From a phage, in NCBI GenBank assembly GCA_015694865.1, contig GCA_015694865.1_3933.1: 25,324 nt of DNA. One strand, 5' to 3'. The translations under genes and the position numbers were made by a program. The notes beneath the pieces were generated by a model that was given only the letters and a program-made list of their open reading frames with translations, made no database searches and was not told the origin of the DNA. This document shows, piece by piece, positions 1 to 10,438 of this stretch (the first letter of the stretch is position 1; each line of letters begins with the position of its first letter).

Positions 1-323
1 CCAGTTGCCAGAACAGAGCCTGATGGGTCGTAGATTACGAAGTTAGAAGAGATATCTTCTTCAAGTTCCATATTGTCTTGTTTAGCTTGAATTGCAGAAA
101 GCATCTGGTTAGAGAGAGAAGTCTGCATTAACTCAATCTCAATAGTACCTGTCTTGTCTGCATTTCTTGTCAGAGCAACTTGACCACCTGCACCAACAAC
201 TGGTGTCACAAGCGGTGATGTTCTCTGTAGACGCAAGAATGAATCTGGGGCAAAGCCTTCAATGGCAATACCATTCCAGCTACATACAACGTCTTTAGGG
301 GAATATTGCTGATACATAGCCAT
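1..323 (-). CDS. tail tube-like protein, N-terminal part only (gene runs off the window edge)
   Basis: Minus-strand ATG at 323..321 preceded by AGAGG-like RBS; my hand translation MAMYQQYSPKDVVCSWNGIAIEGF... stays open to position 1; lies directly downstream of the sheath-like gene. Not in the ORF track because it has no stop in the window. Confidence 0.45.
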   Translation of the reverse strand, partial: MAMYQQYSPKDVVCSWNGIAIEGFAPDSFLRLQRTSPLVTPVVGAGGQVALTRNADKTGTIEIELMQTSLSNQMLSAIQAKQDNMELEEDISSNFVIYDPSGSVLAT

Positions 324-338
324 TCCAATTTACCTCTA

Positions 339-1691
339 TTATTCGTAAGCCACTGTACCTTTCAAGTCAACATCCAAGATAGCCCCTGCTAAGATACCTG
401 CGAAGGTAACATCTTTCAGGATACGAGCTTTCTTGTCTGCCAAAGCAACTTGAGAGGCTTTAGGAACATTAACTGTGTAAGATGACAGGAAGTTTCTGTT
501 GACTGCTCTTTGTAGAGAGGTTTCAATGACTTGACGAATACGGGTAATACCAGTATCATCATAAGTAATCTTACCACCCTTCTGGTTAATTAGCAAGTCT
601 CTCAGAGAAGTTTTCAGGTCTGATTCTAACCAGTCAACGCCACGGACGATATCAATCCATTCCCCACCAGAAGTAATCCCTCTACGAACCACTGGAACAC
701 CACCATCAAGGTCAATAAAGCTACAGTGACGTACATCTAAAGCAGACTTCTGAATACTTGTCAGAGGTCTCTGATTAGATGGTTGTAGAGAAGCTGCTAC
801 ACCAGTTAGCTGAGCATTACCCCAAGCAATTGAACCTGCATCATATGGAGCACCATAAGCAATGTATGCCATCTCTGGGTAGTCTTCTGCTGCTGCGTGA
901 TGCCACAAGCAAACTGTACGAGTGTACATACTCTTAGCAAGCTGTGCTGGAACATCATTTGCACTGGCTAATTCTGTACCTTGCAGGGCTGTTACATCGG
1001 AGTTAGCTGTAAAGAAGATTTTCTTGCGAGCCTGAATCTCAGAAGCCATTGCTAAGACAAACTGTTGAGTTCTGTCTTCTGCTGCAATGAAATACCAGTC
1101 AGTAGAGTAAGCTTCGATAGCTGCCAGAGCAGTTGATGCTGTATCGGCAGTTGTACTTGCAATATGCACAGTCTGTGCTGTAGTTGTTACTTTCACAAAG
1201 TCATTATCACCAGCTTTGGTAATAATCATTGTGGCAGAGCCATTGCTACCAGTTACGTTCACAGAAACCTTATCTTTGATTGTTGTGTCATCTTCAATCT
1301 GTGTTTTAAACTGTTGCAACACTTTTTCAGCAGTGTCTTCATCTCGCGCTGTATACTGATATAGTTGAGAAATTCCACCGCCAGCAGCTACAGTAATTGA
1401 GTAGTCTGTACTTGCAGCAACGGCATTAGGAATTGATACAGTGTACTGCATAGCACGTCTACCAATATAAAGCTGAGTTACTTTAGGAGTCTGACTCCAA
1501 AGTTGTTTAGCAGCCTTATATGCAGCAGAGTTTTCATCGAAATCTTCAGCAACTTCAGTTAAGGAAGTGTAACCACGGACTCTTTCTTCAAAGTTATCTG
1601 TTGAAGCTAAGAATAGTGGCAAACCAAAACCTTCTCTTGTAGTTCCTGCGGTGTTCAATGTAATATCTACATTAACAATTGGATTCCACAT
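339..1691 (-). CDS. tail sheath-like structural protein (putative)
   Basis: 450 aa ORF; position after the head genes and before the tube-like gene; start codon abuts the stop of the upstream gene with an AAGGGG RBS. Family assignment is from memory of sheath-like proteins, not a search. Confidence 0.55.
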   Translation of the reverse strand: MWNPIVNVDITLNTAGTTREGFGLPLFLASTDNFEERVRGYTSLTEVAEDFDENSAAYKAAKQLWSQTPKVTQLYIGRRAMQYTVSIPNAVAASTDYSITVAAGGGISQLYQYTARDEDTAEKVLQQFKTQIEDDTTIKDKVSVNVTGSNGSATMIITKAGDNDFVKVTTTAQTVHIASTTADTASTALAAIEAYSTDWYFIAAEDRTQQFVLAMASEIQARKKIFFTANSDVTALQGTELASANDVPAQLAKSMYTRTVCLWHHAAAEDYPEMAYIAYGAPYDAGSIAWGNAQLTGVAASLQPSNQRPLTSIQKSALDVRHCSFIDLDGGVPVVRRGITSGGEWIDIVRGVDWLESDLKTSLRDLLINQKGGKITYDDTGITRIRQVIETSLQRAVNRNFLSSYTVNVPKASQVALADKKARILKDVTFAGILAGAILDVDLKGTVAYE

Positions 1692-2291
1692 TTATTTTAC
1701 CCCTTTGGAGTCTACATCTAGATGGATAGTATATTCTGGTGGCTCTTGTCCTTCTTCATAAACCAACTCACCATCAACAATGACACGCTCAATAATACTT
1801 CCACGTTCATCTTTCAGGACTGAATTTTTTACAAGAGTTACAACAAGAGGCGCAGAATTTTCGAAATCTGTATTGAGATAAGTGTAGTCATTTGGGATGG
1901 CTCCAGTGTCTAGTACTGTAGCTCCTGTCTCTTCAAGAATTAAATCCCTGACTGAACTCATCTCTAATCGTTGTTTAAGCTCAAGCATAATACTGTGAGC
2001 ACCTTTACCATTCACCGTAATTAATACTGGAATCTGAAAAGCAATTCTGTAGCAAACTACATCATCCTCAACAAACTTATCAAGAACCCAACCATAAGGT
2101 GTTGCAGCATCTTGACAATATACGGTAATAAATGGCTGGTCAGGTTTTAAACCTTTGTCATTTGAGTTATCAGAAGGGTAAGCTCTAATTACATTCGGTC
2201 TATTATTTTTATCACGAGCTAGTCTGTGACCAATAACATCCACTAAGGTTCTAACTAGACCTTTTTCAAGTTCTGCTGTTTCTAACTGCAT
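1692..2291 (-). CDS. hypothetical virion protein (head-tail/neck module)
   Basis: 199 aa ORF in the structural operon; start overlaps the upstream ORF end. Confidence 0.55.
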   Translation of the reverse strand: MQLETAELEKGLVRTLVDVIGHRLARDKNNRPNVIRAYPSDNSNDKGLKPDQPFITVYCQDAATPYGWVLDKFVEDDVVCYRIAFQIPVLITVNGKGAHSIMLELKQRLEMSSVRDLILEETGATVLDTGAIPNDYTYLNTDFENSAPLVVTLVKNSVLKDERGSIIERVIVDGELVYEEGQEPPEYTIHLDVDSKGVK

Positions 2292-2667
2292 TCATTTTAT
2301 CCCTTCTAATAATGATATATTCATAATGGGACGTATGGGCTAATTGCTGTGACCAATCCATAGTCATAAATACTTCATACTCATGACCATCAATCATAAC
2401 AATATCAGACTCATTCCACTCTACATCATCTGAAGTTCTAAGTTTATATGTGGTATACAGGATTCTTGTATCGGTAAGCCTAATACCTTCCGGTAAAGCA
2501 ATCTGTGTACCATTCTTTACAGAACCTTTGATATATGGCTGGATATTACCTTTGCAGTTAACCTCTACAATATCTTGCGAAGCTACCCAATCACCATCAT
2601 CATTATAATAACCGTCTTCAGAGACTTTACGCTTTACTACAAAGCTGTGTCTGTTTAAGAGTCTCAT
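2266..2667 (-). CDS. hypothetical virion protein
   Basis: 133 aa ORF; 4-nt overlap with the upstream ORF, typical translational coupling. Confidence 0.5.
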   Translation of the reverse strand: MRLLNRHSFVVKRKVSEDGYYNDDGDWVASQDIVEVNCKGNIQPYIKGSVKNGTQIALPEGIRLTDTRILYTTYKLRTSDDVEWNESDIVMIDGHEYEVFMTMDWSQQLAHTSHYEYIIIRRDKMNAVRNSRT

Positions 2668-3146
2668 TTTTTAATACCCTTCTTAGTAGAAATTTTATAA
2701 GCAAGGTTATCTCTTAAGTCACCTGTCTCAACAAGAGGTGCGTTAAAGCCTTTTTTCTTGACTGTGGAAGGTGCGTTAGGAGGGAGGATAGCAGAATTAC
2801 CAAAACCCCTTTTAATTACCTTTTGAGTATTCTTTGCAAATGCTTCTAAGGTATTTGAAGGGTCTGTGTTGAGACTGCTAAGTTGCTTATATAGATTCTT
2901 CTTAGTCTGCTCTAACAAGGTCTGTTTGTTTAGCATCATAGTGATTTCAAACAACCTACGATATACTTTACCAGAAGCTGAAGGAACCCCAATAACTTCT
3001 TGTAAATACATTAAAGCAGGATAAGAAAAACCAGAGCTATGTTGACCTTGTTCTTGAAAATACCCAACTTGAGCATTAGCCGTCTGCAAGTTCTTCATAG
3101 CCCCGACTAATTTTGCTCTAGCGGGGTGAATAACCCTTTTAACCAT
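2664..3146 (-). CDS. hypothetical head-tail joining/minor structural protein
   Basis: 160 aa ORF in a co-oriented operon; no specific motif recognised. Confidence 0.5.
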   Translation of the reverse strand: MVKRVIHPARAKLVGAMKNLQTANAQVGYFQEQGQHSSGFSYPALMYLQEVIGVPSASGKVYRRLFEITMMLNKQTLLEQTKKNLYKQLSSLNTDPSNTLEAFAKNTQKVIKRGFGNSAILPPNAPSTVKKKGFNAPLVETGDLRDNLAYKISTKKGIKK

Positions 3147-3595
3147 TATTCATCTCGCTCGATAATAAATACGCCATTAACACGGTTGCAGTAATCTCTG
3201 CCTTCGTATCTGGCAGCATCACCATATTCTGTGTATTTCTTGACAGAGCAAGGATTTTGACGACGCATGTCAATATCACACTGATTAATACCACCTGCAT
3301 AGGGTAGTCCTGAAACAGAGCTTTTAACAAGGTCGTCATAAACAGCTTTCAGAGACTTGAATCTGGAAGAGTTACGTAAATAAACACCACCAACCTTCTC
3401 ATCTCCCATCTTGGCTACTTGAAAGAGTAAATATTTAAGAGCTTTGATGGCTGCTTTCTTTTCATCCTTTCCAGATTCTAGATAGAACCACTCTAGCACA
3501 GACTGTTCAATAAGAATTTCGTCATTATTGGTGTCTGTGCAGAGGATTCTTACTCTATCAAGAGGGTTATTGGCTGGGTCGCCTGTATAACACAT
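3146..3595 (-). CDS. hypothetical virion protein
   Basis: 149 aa ORF immediately downstream of the major capsid gene. Confidence 0.5.
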   Translation of the reverse strand: MCYTGDPANNPLDRVRILCTDTNNDEILIEQSVLEWFYLESGKDEKKAAIKALKYLLFQVAKMGDEKVGGVYLRNSSRFKSLKAVYDDLVKSSVSGLPYAGGINQCDIDMRRQNPCSVKKYTEYGDAARYEGRDYCNRVNGVFIIERDE

Positions 3596-3616
3596 TAATA
3601 ACCCTCCTTAAGAATA

Positions 3617-4720
3617 TTAGTTTTGAGCGTCAGCACGAACATCTACCAGCAACTGAGGACGAGTACAGTATGGCAGCATGTAAGAGTGAGCTTCGAAGTC
3701 AATACCTTCGTCACGGTCTTTTTCGTATTCGAATACGTATAGTTCCTGACCAAGTGTATTTGCATAACCCATCTTAGGACATGGGCCGTATGCAACTTCA
3801 AAGATGTTGTTAGCTTCACCCAACATAGATACGTTAGGGAAAGCGTGCCCTACACCAACGCCTACACCAGCATCATCAATGTTAACCAGAGTGTGAACCT
3901 TACCACGCTTGTCTTTAAACTTACCGTTATACTGGACAAACTTAACGCCACCGTAGTAGAAAGTGTTCATGTGAGCCTGAACGCCGTCGGCACCACCAGT
4001 TCTCAGAGAACCAGTAATCTGTTGCCAAGCCAGTGGAGTCTGCTGTGCAAGATAAGCGTCACGAATCTTAGGATGCTTAACCAGTTTGCTGAAGAATACA
4101 CGGTCAACAACTACGTGAATCTCTTCACCGTTGATTACAGTGCCAGTCTTAGCTTCATCTTCCATGTGCATACGCAGTTCTTCAATAGAAGCGTCGATGT
4201 CAGCATTAGGGTTGTCAAGGTCGAAGTAAATAGTCTTCTTCCTAACGTCGAACTGCTTGTACAGGTCAGCGTACAGAGTACCACGAGCATCAACAACTTT
4301 ACCCTTCAGAGCTTGCATAAACAGGAACTCACGAGTAATATCGAACTTGGTACGAATCTTCATCAGCTTCTTGGCACGTACTACAGCTTCAGTAGTCAGT
4401 TCGTTTGCAGTGCCTGGCTGACGTACACCCTGAATCTCATCAGGAGTAATGCTTTCAACTTCTTTGAAGTACATCATTGGGAAGCTGATTTGACGAACAC
4501 GCTCAGGTGCGCTAGTCTCTGCTTTACGGCTATCACGGTCTACCGCATCAAGCAAGCTAACATCCCAATCAGTCAAGTCCATAAGGAAAGTAGTTTGGGT
4601 GATTGGTGCTGAACGGAATAGACCTAAGTTGGAAATATACCCATAAGTATTTGGGATAGACTGGACTTCACCAGTCAGGTCAGCAAGGAAAAATCTGCTT
4701 TTTTCAGAATTAGTCAACAT
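3617..4720 (-). CDS. major capsid protein (lambda gpE-like family)
   Basis: 367 aa ORF following the protease and decoration-like genes; size and gene order match lambda-like head modules. Confidence 0.7.
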   Translation of the reverse strand: MLTNSEKSRFFLADLTGEVQSIPNTYGYISNLGLFRSAPITQTTFLMDLTDWDVSLLDAVDRDSRKAETSAPERVRQISFPMMYFKEVESITPDEIQGVRQPGTANELTTEAVVRAKKLMKIRTKFDITREFLFMQALKGKVVDARGTLYADLYKQFDVRKKTIYFDLDNPNADIDASIEELRMHMEDEAKTGTVINGEEIHVVVDRVFFSKLVKHPKIRDAYLAQQTPLAWQQITGSLRTGGADGVQAHMNTFYYGGVKFVQYNGKFKDKRGKVHTLVNIDDAGVGVGVGHAFPNVSMLGEANNIFEVAYGPCPKMGYANTLGQELYVFEYEKDRDEGIDFEAHSYMLPYCTRPQLLVDVRADAQN

Positions 4721-4753
4721 TGTAAAATTCTCCAGAATGTCTTATTATTGTTA

Positions 4754-5131
4754 TTACAGGCCAGTTGGTACGAAATCAATACCTTTAGCAGCAAGAGCTG
4801 TCTTGACTGCACCAGCATCAACATCTGATTTAAGAGTAAGCAGGTCTTTTAGTTCTGCGTCACGGTAAATACCAACAACTTTCAACTGACCGTGGTAAGA
4901 CAGTTGTTGGTCTGCGTAAAAGTTAACGATACATACAGAATCAGCCTGATCTTCTTCCCCTACTGCAACTTTAGTACCATCTGCTTTCAGGACTTCACCT
5001 ACACGGTATTCTATTGAAGCAACTGGAGTGTACTCTTTGCGAGAGTGACCTGTTGGGGTAACCTGTTCCCAAAGAATGATATCATTCAGAGGTTCTCTTT
5101 TAACTAAGTGAGTAAAACCTTTATATGCCAT
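4754..5131 (-). CDS. head decoration-like protein (putative)
   Basis: 125 aa ORF between protease/scaffold and major capsid genes, the position of lambda gpD-type decoration proteins; sequence similarity not verified. Confidence 0.45.
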   Translation of the reverse strand: MAYKGFTHLVKREPLNDIILWEQVTPTGHSRKEYTPVASIEYRVGEVLKADGTKVAVGEEDQADSVCIVNFYADQQLSYHGQLKVVGIYRDAELKDLLTLKSDVDAGAVKTALAAKGIDFVPTGL

Positions 5132-5142
5132 TATTGTGTTCC

Positions 5143-6489
5143 TTATTTGATAAGAGATTTTAGAGCATTCTGGAGAGCCAGTTTGCGTTGTTCAGCGGTG
5201 TCTTCGGAAGCATTCTTAGCTGGTTCTTTTTCTTCTTCAACCAAATCAGCTTCGCCGTCATTACCCATTTCTTCCATAGCATTAGAATGTTCAAGAACAG
5301 CACCAGCAGTTTCTTTCAGCTTGGTAATTTCTGATTCTTTTTCTTCCATTGCAGAAGCATGGGACGCGATAGTTTCATTAAGTTTCTGGTTAGCACCTTC
5401 CATAGCATTCATAAACAGAACGCTCAGAGGGTTATCAAGACCAGCACCTAAAATAGTCGTTGCAGCTTCTTTTGCATCAAACCCAAAAGCTTCAGCAGAA
5501 GCAGAAATCTTATTAGTCAAATCTGACAAAGCAGCTTCCTGTTCTTTAGCTTTCATTTGAGCAACCTGAAGACGCAAAGCTTCTAGTTCTTGCTTTTCTT
5601 GTTCAGTCATTTCTTCACCTGAATTGTTAACGTTTAAACTTACAGGAGCCTCTTCAGAACCTTGTAAGTAATTTAAGAAATCATCTTGAGACATGATTGA
5701 GTTAATTAAACCAAGTTCAAGAGCTTCCTGAGCAGAATAAACATTCGCCTCAGTATTCTTTACAGCTTCTTCAGAGAGTTTACGAGATTCGGCTACAAAA
5801 CCTGTAAAGGTTGCGTAGGTATCATTAATTCTCTTTTGAAGTCTTTCTTTGCTTTCTTCTGAGAGTGCTTGGAATGGTGAACCCATCCCTTTAAATTCAC
5901 CAGCTTTAATGACGTTAATTGTTACGCCATTCTTTTCAAATGCCTTAGTTAATTCCTGATGAACCATAATTACACCAATAGAACCAACATCTGCATCTGG
6001 TGATGCAATAATTTCTTCAGCAGAAGATGCAAGAGCGTATGCAGCGGAACAAGCGAACTCATCTACATAAGCAATAATTTTCTTTTGGCCTCTTGAAGCC
6101 ATAATGTGACGTGCTAATTCAAAGCAACCTGAAGCTTCACCACCACCAGAATCGATGTGCAGAACAATAGTCTTGATTGACTCATCTGCTAAAGCTTCGT
6201 CAAAGCCTCTACGCAAACCTTCATAAGAGCTTAATCCACCTGTACACATTGCATCAATGAATGTCATACGATGGGTTAAACCACCCATAATAGGGATAAT
6301 AGCAATGTCATCTTTTACTTTTAAAAGACTTCTTGCTTCACCTTTGGGTTTATCAAAGTTTACTGCTGCTTGGACATCACCCAGCAATCTGTTATTCACA
6401 TAAGTTGCTGCTGAGTGAGCTAATGATTCAGTGGCTAGTAAAGGTTGGTTGAATAATCTATCAGCAAGTCTGAAGATATTCGAACTCAT
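5143..6489 (-). CDS. prohead protease, S49 (SppA/ClpP-like) family, with C-terminal scaffold-like coiled-coil extension
   Basis: 448 aa; S49-type core (…HIDSGGGEASGCFELARHI…IAYVDEFACSAAYALAS…VGSIGVIM…) followed by an E/K/A/Q-rich helical tail. Confidence 0.8.
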   Translation of the reverse strand: MSSNIFRLADRLFNQPLLATESLAHSAATYVNNRLLGDVQAAVNFDKPKGEARSLLKVKDDIAIIPIMGGLTHRMTFIDAMCTGGLSSYEGLRRGFDEALADESIKTIVLHIDSGGGEASGCFELARHIMASRGQKKIIAYVDEFACSAAYALASSAEEIIASPDADVGSIGVIMVHQELTKAFEKNGVTINVIKAGEFKGMGSPFQALSEESKERLQKRINDTYATFTGFVAESRKLSEEAVKNTEANVYSAQEALELGLINSIMSQDDFLNYLQGSEEAPVSLNVNNSGEEMTEQEKQELEALRLQVAQMKAKEQEAALSDLTNKISASAEAFGFDAKEAATTILGAGLDNPLSVLFMNAMEGANQKLNETIASHASAMEEKESEITKLKETAGAVLEHSNAMEEMGNDGEADLVEEEKEPAKNASEDTAEQRKLALQNALKSLIK

Positions 6490-6500
6490 TTTTACTCACC

Positions 6501-6833
6501 CTATTTGTTTAAATCTACAGAGACTGAAGAGATAACATAGATACCTTCTTCAGCGAAGAATTGAGGTTTGCTAAGAGCACCAGTTGCCACGCATTTATCG
6601 TTAGCATCCCACAAGCTATAGTGTGAGACCGTTGCAGAAGCTGGAACAGTAATATTAACTGTATCTTCTGAGGCAATTAAGCCATTATCCGGTTCAGAAA
6701 AATAAATAGCCACTGGCTGAGTAACCTTATTTGCTGTAGGGTCTGCCGTTGGGTCTACATTGTGTAAAATAATAGTTGTTGGGGTTAGCGTGGCGAGGAT
6801 TTTATTCTTACCATCAATAGTTAATGTTCCCAT
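6501..6833 (-). CDS. hypothetical protein
   Basis: 110 aa ORF between portal and protease genes; T/S/V-rich, beta-rich appearance. Confidence 0.45.
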   Translation of the reverse strand: MGTLTIDGKNKILATLTPTTIILHNVDPTADPTANKVTQPVAIYFSEPDNGLIASEDTVNITVPASATVSHYSLWDANDKCVATGALSKPQFFAEEGIYVISSVSVDLNK

Positions 6834-7333
6834 TAATTAAACCTTACTTTTTGTTTAAGGACTGTTGAATGGTTACCAGATTCATCTACCACATTTACAA
6901 TCATATCATATACTTTACCTTTGACAAGTACTTTGTAATCATTTTGTGAAAAAATGTATTCAAGTCTGTTTGTTTCTTTATTAACTGTCATTGGAGATTG
7001 AAATGCAGTGTCGAGGGTAATGAAAGCGGCTTCAATGCTATTAACATTGATACGTTTATTCTCGCAGTTATATAACTTTACACCCAAAAGGCATGAACTG
7101 TCAAATGGAATTTTAACAATTTCACTACAATTTCCTGAAATAAACGGTTTTCCACTCATTGGTGCATCAAGTAACCTGCAAATAGTGAAAACGTCAGAGG
7201 TTCCACCATCACTTACATAACCTGAAAGGCTGACCCTTGAGCCAGCCCCTACAGATAATTTGTCAGTGATAATAAGAACACCTCTATACGAATGCACTCG
7301 TGTAGCATTTGAAATAGAGATAACTTCAGCCAT
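6833..7333 (-). CDS. hypothetical protein
   Basis: 166 aa ORF; ATGA-type overlap with the portal gene stop. Confidence 0.45.
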   Translation of the reverse strand: MAEVISISNATRVHSYRGVLIITDKLSVGAGSRVSLSGYVSDGGTSDVFTICRLLDAPMSGKPFISGNCSEIVKIPFDSSCLLGVKLYNCENKRINVNSIEAAFITLDTAFQSPMTVNKETNRLEYIFSQNDYKVLVKGKVYDMIVNVVDESGNHSTVLKQKVRFN

Positions 7334-8808
7334 TATTTATTTGCCTTATTTGCTGTGCTTGGGTCTTTCGCTGAAGGTGTCTTTGCAGTACCTTCTCCAG
7401 CGGTCTTATAACCATCTCCTGAGCGGCTTTGACTATTTGGAGAAAGCTTTTCAGATACTGGTTGAGACTCATCAGCAGGAGGAAGACCAATATGCTCTCT
7501 AAGCTTGTTAGATAGCTCTTTGTCAACTTCCAAAGCACCTACTGCAACAGTCTTCTGGATATAAGAACCAATTGCTTCAAGGTCTGGAGTTTCGATATCA
7601 TCATATGTGATTTGTACATGTTCTTCATCGTCCCACATATTAAGAGCATAAGTCTGTGCAACTAAATCACGGTTAATTACGTTCTTAATTTGCTTCAGCA
7701 GGATATCTACCGACATTGCTAGTAAGCTTGTCTTAGAATCTGCAAGAGAGAATGAACCATATTTTGACTGACCCATAGCAAGAACATCTGACATAAATGC
7801 CATCATAATCTGCTTGGAATATCTGTCAATAATAGAACCTGTATCGTATGCTTTAGCACCCTGTCTAGAAACTAATGAGAACTCGAAAATATCCTCTTTA
7901 GTATCTGGGTCGATATATCTAGGCCAGATTAAACCTGCTCTATCATTAGCAATCATATCGTTAACAACAGTTTTGCAGTATTGTACGAAAGCTTTCTTTT
8001 CAGGTTCTGCATTTTCATCCAGATAATCTGGTGGTAAACCAATCTTTGGCATACCTACCAAGTCTCTTGAAACACCAACGGCTTCGTACTCTTCAATCTG
8101 AACTTTATACTTCCACGGTACATAGGCATTAAGTAATGGTGAACGACCTTCTGGGTTTCCATATTCATCATCATACTTAAACAGCATGAATTTAGCTCGT
8201 GGAAGTTTTCTTGTTAGTGGCCTTTCTACGAGATTAATTGCTCCAGCAATATGTGAAACATTTCTCAGATTCTGTCTAACACCAGTAACTTTTCTAAAGT
8301 CTTCGTCAAAATACCACTTATCAAGTGTTGATTGGTTTCTGATTGGTAATTTAGCCCATCCAATTAGACCATCATCAAATTTTGACTGGTACTTTCCTTT
8401 TTTACCCTGTCGCTTCTTATAAACTTTCTCGTTAACACAGAACCCATAAGTGCAGAATGACATTACAGAATTAATAAAATCTGCCCAATCATGCTCCATG
8501 TCATCCATTAAAGAATTAAAGAAGTCTGCTCTTTCAAGCATTTTAGGGTCTTGCTCTTTTCCCTTTGGAGGTACGAATCTCCAGTTGACTTTTCTGACAA
8601 ACATCTTAATAATATTTACAGATGCTGCTACAGCAGGGTCACGCATCATTAATTGGAAAGTTTTAATACTTTCAGGGAACCTTAGTGCCTGACGAGGTTC
8701 TTCATAGATTCTTCCATTCTTAACCTTCAGACCCAAAGAACCTACTTCACCCATTCTAAATGGTGGTAAGCTTTCTTGTGTTTCTGTAATATCTGCCATT
8801 CTTCTCAC
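7333..8808 (-). CDS. portal protein
   Basis: 491 aa ORF immediately downstream of the terminase large subunit; size and position typical of portal proteins. Confidence 0.7.
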   Translation of the reverse strand: MRRMADITETQESLPPFRMGEVGSLGLKVKNGRIYEEPRQALRFPESIKTFQLMMRDPAVAASVNIIKMFVRKVNWRFVPPKGKEQDPKMLERADFFNSLMDDMEHDWADFINSVMSFCTYGFCVNEKVYKKRQGKKGKYQSKFDDGLIGWAKLPIRNQSTLDKWYFDEDFRKVTGVRQNLRNVSHIAGAINLVERPLTRKLPRAKFMLFKYDDEYGNPEGRSPLLNAYVPWKYKVQIEEYEAVGVSRDLVGMPKIGLPPDYLDENAEPEKKAFVQYCKTVVNDMIANDRAGLIWPRYIDPDTKEDIFEFSLVSRQGAKAYDTGSIIDRYSKQIMMAFMSDVLAMGQSKYGSFSLADSKTSLLAMSVDILLKQIKNVINRDLVAQTYALNMWDDEEHVQITYDDIETPDLEAIGSYIQKTVAVGALEVDKELSNKLREHIGLPPADESQPVSEKLSPNSQSRSGDGYKTAGEGTAKTPSAKDPSTANKANK

Positions 8809-8815
8809 CTAGCTA

Positions 8816-10432
8816 TCAACGTCTAAGCCCCTCATATGGGTTTCCTCTCACTAAATCTGTGTGAGCACCCATTGATGGTGGCTTGAATAATTTAACTTCG
8901 TTAAGACTGTTGAAAGCATCACTGGTAGCATCCACTTGGTCATCTTTAGTTTTACCGTCACCACAAAAGCCTTCAAGTTCTTGAAAGTAAGCTTCATTCC
9001 AACTACCTCTCAAGACTTTTACAAGTCCAGCTTCAGAAGCAGCAGAAAATCCCGCAAAGCGGGTAACTTTATCTTTATTTGTTGGTTTGGCTCTTGCTCG
9101 ATAACCTTTCTCGGCAAGTTTCCTGATGAGGGATGTTGCGTAGGATTTACCAGCAGCGCCTGGGTCTTGAGGGATAAAAATACCAGTTCGCTTACCGTCA
9201 CTTTCAGCAGTCAAATTAATTTGTGTTTCGACTCCAGAGGGTCTATCTCTAAATCTTACTACATCAATGATATAATAGCAACCGTCTTTTTTAGATTTAC
9301 CCATCTTAACACCTGCTGTCCAGTCTGGATTAGGGTTAATCTCAGATGGTAAAGTTGCTGCTAAGTCCCATGCTCTAACATCAAATACATCTTCTGGGAG
9401 TGAATCAACAATTTCACACCATTGTCTTTGCCAATAGTTTGAACCTTCTGCACGAGCCTTCCAGTTACCGAAACGAAGTCTTGCAACGTTTACAGGAGTG
9501 TTGTTTTCCAACTTACCACGGTACTTAGGCTCTAAGAAGTCAAGGATTGGGTTATCATCAATCGTACCAGAGATGAAGGTGTATGTTTGAGGAATCTCAA
9601 GAGGGAACATTTCAAGAATCTTGTCTCTCTCCCAATCAGAAACCATCACACCATCATTCATTACATACCAACGAATACGACCACACTTTTCAGGGTCTGG
9701 ATAACCTTCTTCGTCTAAGAATGGTTCTACCCAATCGTAAATAAAGTGGTCTCTATCTGGGTTCATGGAAATCTTCATGTATGAATCGCCTTCAGCACCA
9801 GAACGTAGACGGGTTTGTAGGTATGAAATCTGTGAAGCAGAGAAGTGTGTACCTTCGTCAAAGTAAATAGCTGAGTATTCAATACCCTGATGACCTTCAG
9901 CGTGCTTTTCAAGTTCTAGGTAGGTAAACTTGATAGTTGCCCCAGAAGGGAATGTGATAGTCATTTTCTGCTCGTGAGGAATCCCACCAAACTTACCAAA
10001 TAGTTTCTTTGCAGCAGGCCATAAACCACCTTGTAACTGTGTTGTATTTCGACGGAAATATACAGCATTATAGTTAGGGTCTTCAATAAATCTTAAAGAG
10101 TCCATTAACAATGCGGCAGTCTTACCAGCACCAGCAGCACCACCATAGAGAACCAAGTCAGCATTAGTATTTAAAAAGACCTCTTGAGAACCCGGCTGAG
10201 GGGCTACATAGTTCTTATCAGTCATCAATTTAAAGATAAGGCGAACTTGGTCTGGTGTGTATCTTAATAAAGTCAGAATTTGAGTTGGAAGGAATTTAGA
10301 GGGGTCTTTACCGAATGATTTAATAATTTCTTTTACTTCATCAGAAAGCCCCAACTCTCCAGCTAGGACTTTCCTAACATCTTCCACTCGCTTCTGCTTA
10401 ACAGCATTTAAGTCCATTAAGCGCCTCCGCAA
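8816..10432 (-). CDS. terL: terminase large subunit
   Basis: 538 aa; N-terminal Walker A (VLYGGAAGAGKTAALL), Walker B-like (IYFDEGTHF) and a C-terminal nuclease-like region. Confidence 0.85.
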   Translation of the reverse strand: MRRRLMDLNAVKQKRVEDVRKVLAGELGLSDEVKEIIKSFGKDPSKFLPTQILTLLRYTPDQVRLIFKLMTDKNYVAPQPGSQEVFLNTNADLVLYGGAAGAGKTAALLMDSLRFIEDPNYNAVYFRRNTTQLQGGLWPAAKKLFGKFGGIPHEQKMTITFPSGATIKFTYLELEKHAEGHQGIEYSAIYFDEGTHFSASQISYLQTRLRSGAEGDSYMKISMNPDRDHFIYDWVEPFLDEEGYPDPEKCGRIRWYVMNDGVMVSDWERDKILEMFPLEIPQTYTFISGTIDDNPILDFLEPKYRGKLENNTPVNVARLRFGNWKARAEGSNYWQRQWCEIVDSLPEDVFDVRAWDLAATLPSEINPNPDWTAGVKMGKSKKDGCYYIIDVVRFRDRPSGVETQINLTAESDGKRTGIFIPQDPGAAGKSYATSLIRKLAEKGYRARAKPTNKDKVTRFAGFSAASEAGLVKVLRGSWNEAYFQELEGFCGDGKTKDDQVDATSDAFNSLNEVKLFKPPSMGAHTDLVRGNPYEGLRR

Positions 10433-10438
10433 ATAGAA

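Noticed and set aside
1164-1364. 66-aa plus-strand ORF
   Set aside because: Antisense inside the sheath-like gene; Cys/Phe-rich junk composition.
3139-3339. 66-aa minus-strand ORF
   Set aside because: Alternative frame nested within the 3146..3595 gene; the longer ORF is preferred.
3845-4612. 255-aa plus-strand ORF inside the major capsid gene
   Set aside because: Lies wholly antisense to a well-supported capsid gene; low-complexity composition and no RBS. Judged an antisense artefact.
5108-5560. 150-aa plus-strand ORF overlapping the protease gene
   Set aside because: Antisense to the S49 protease ORF; Ser/Ala-rich, as expected from reading an E/K/A-rich gene backwards.
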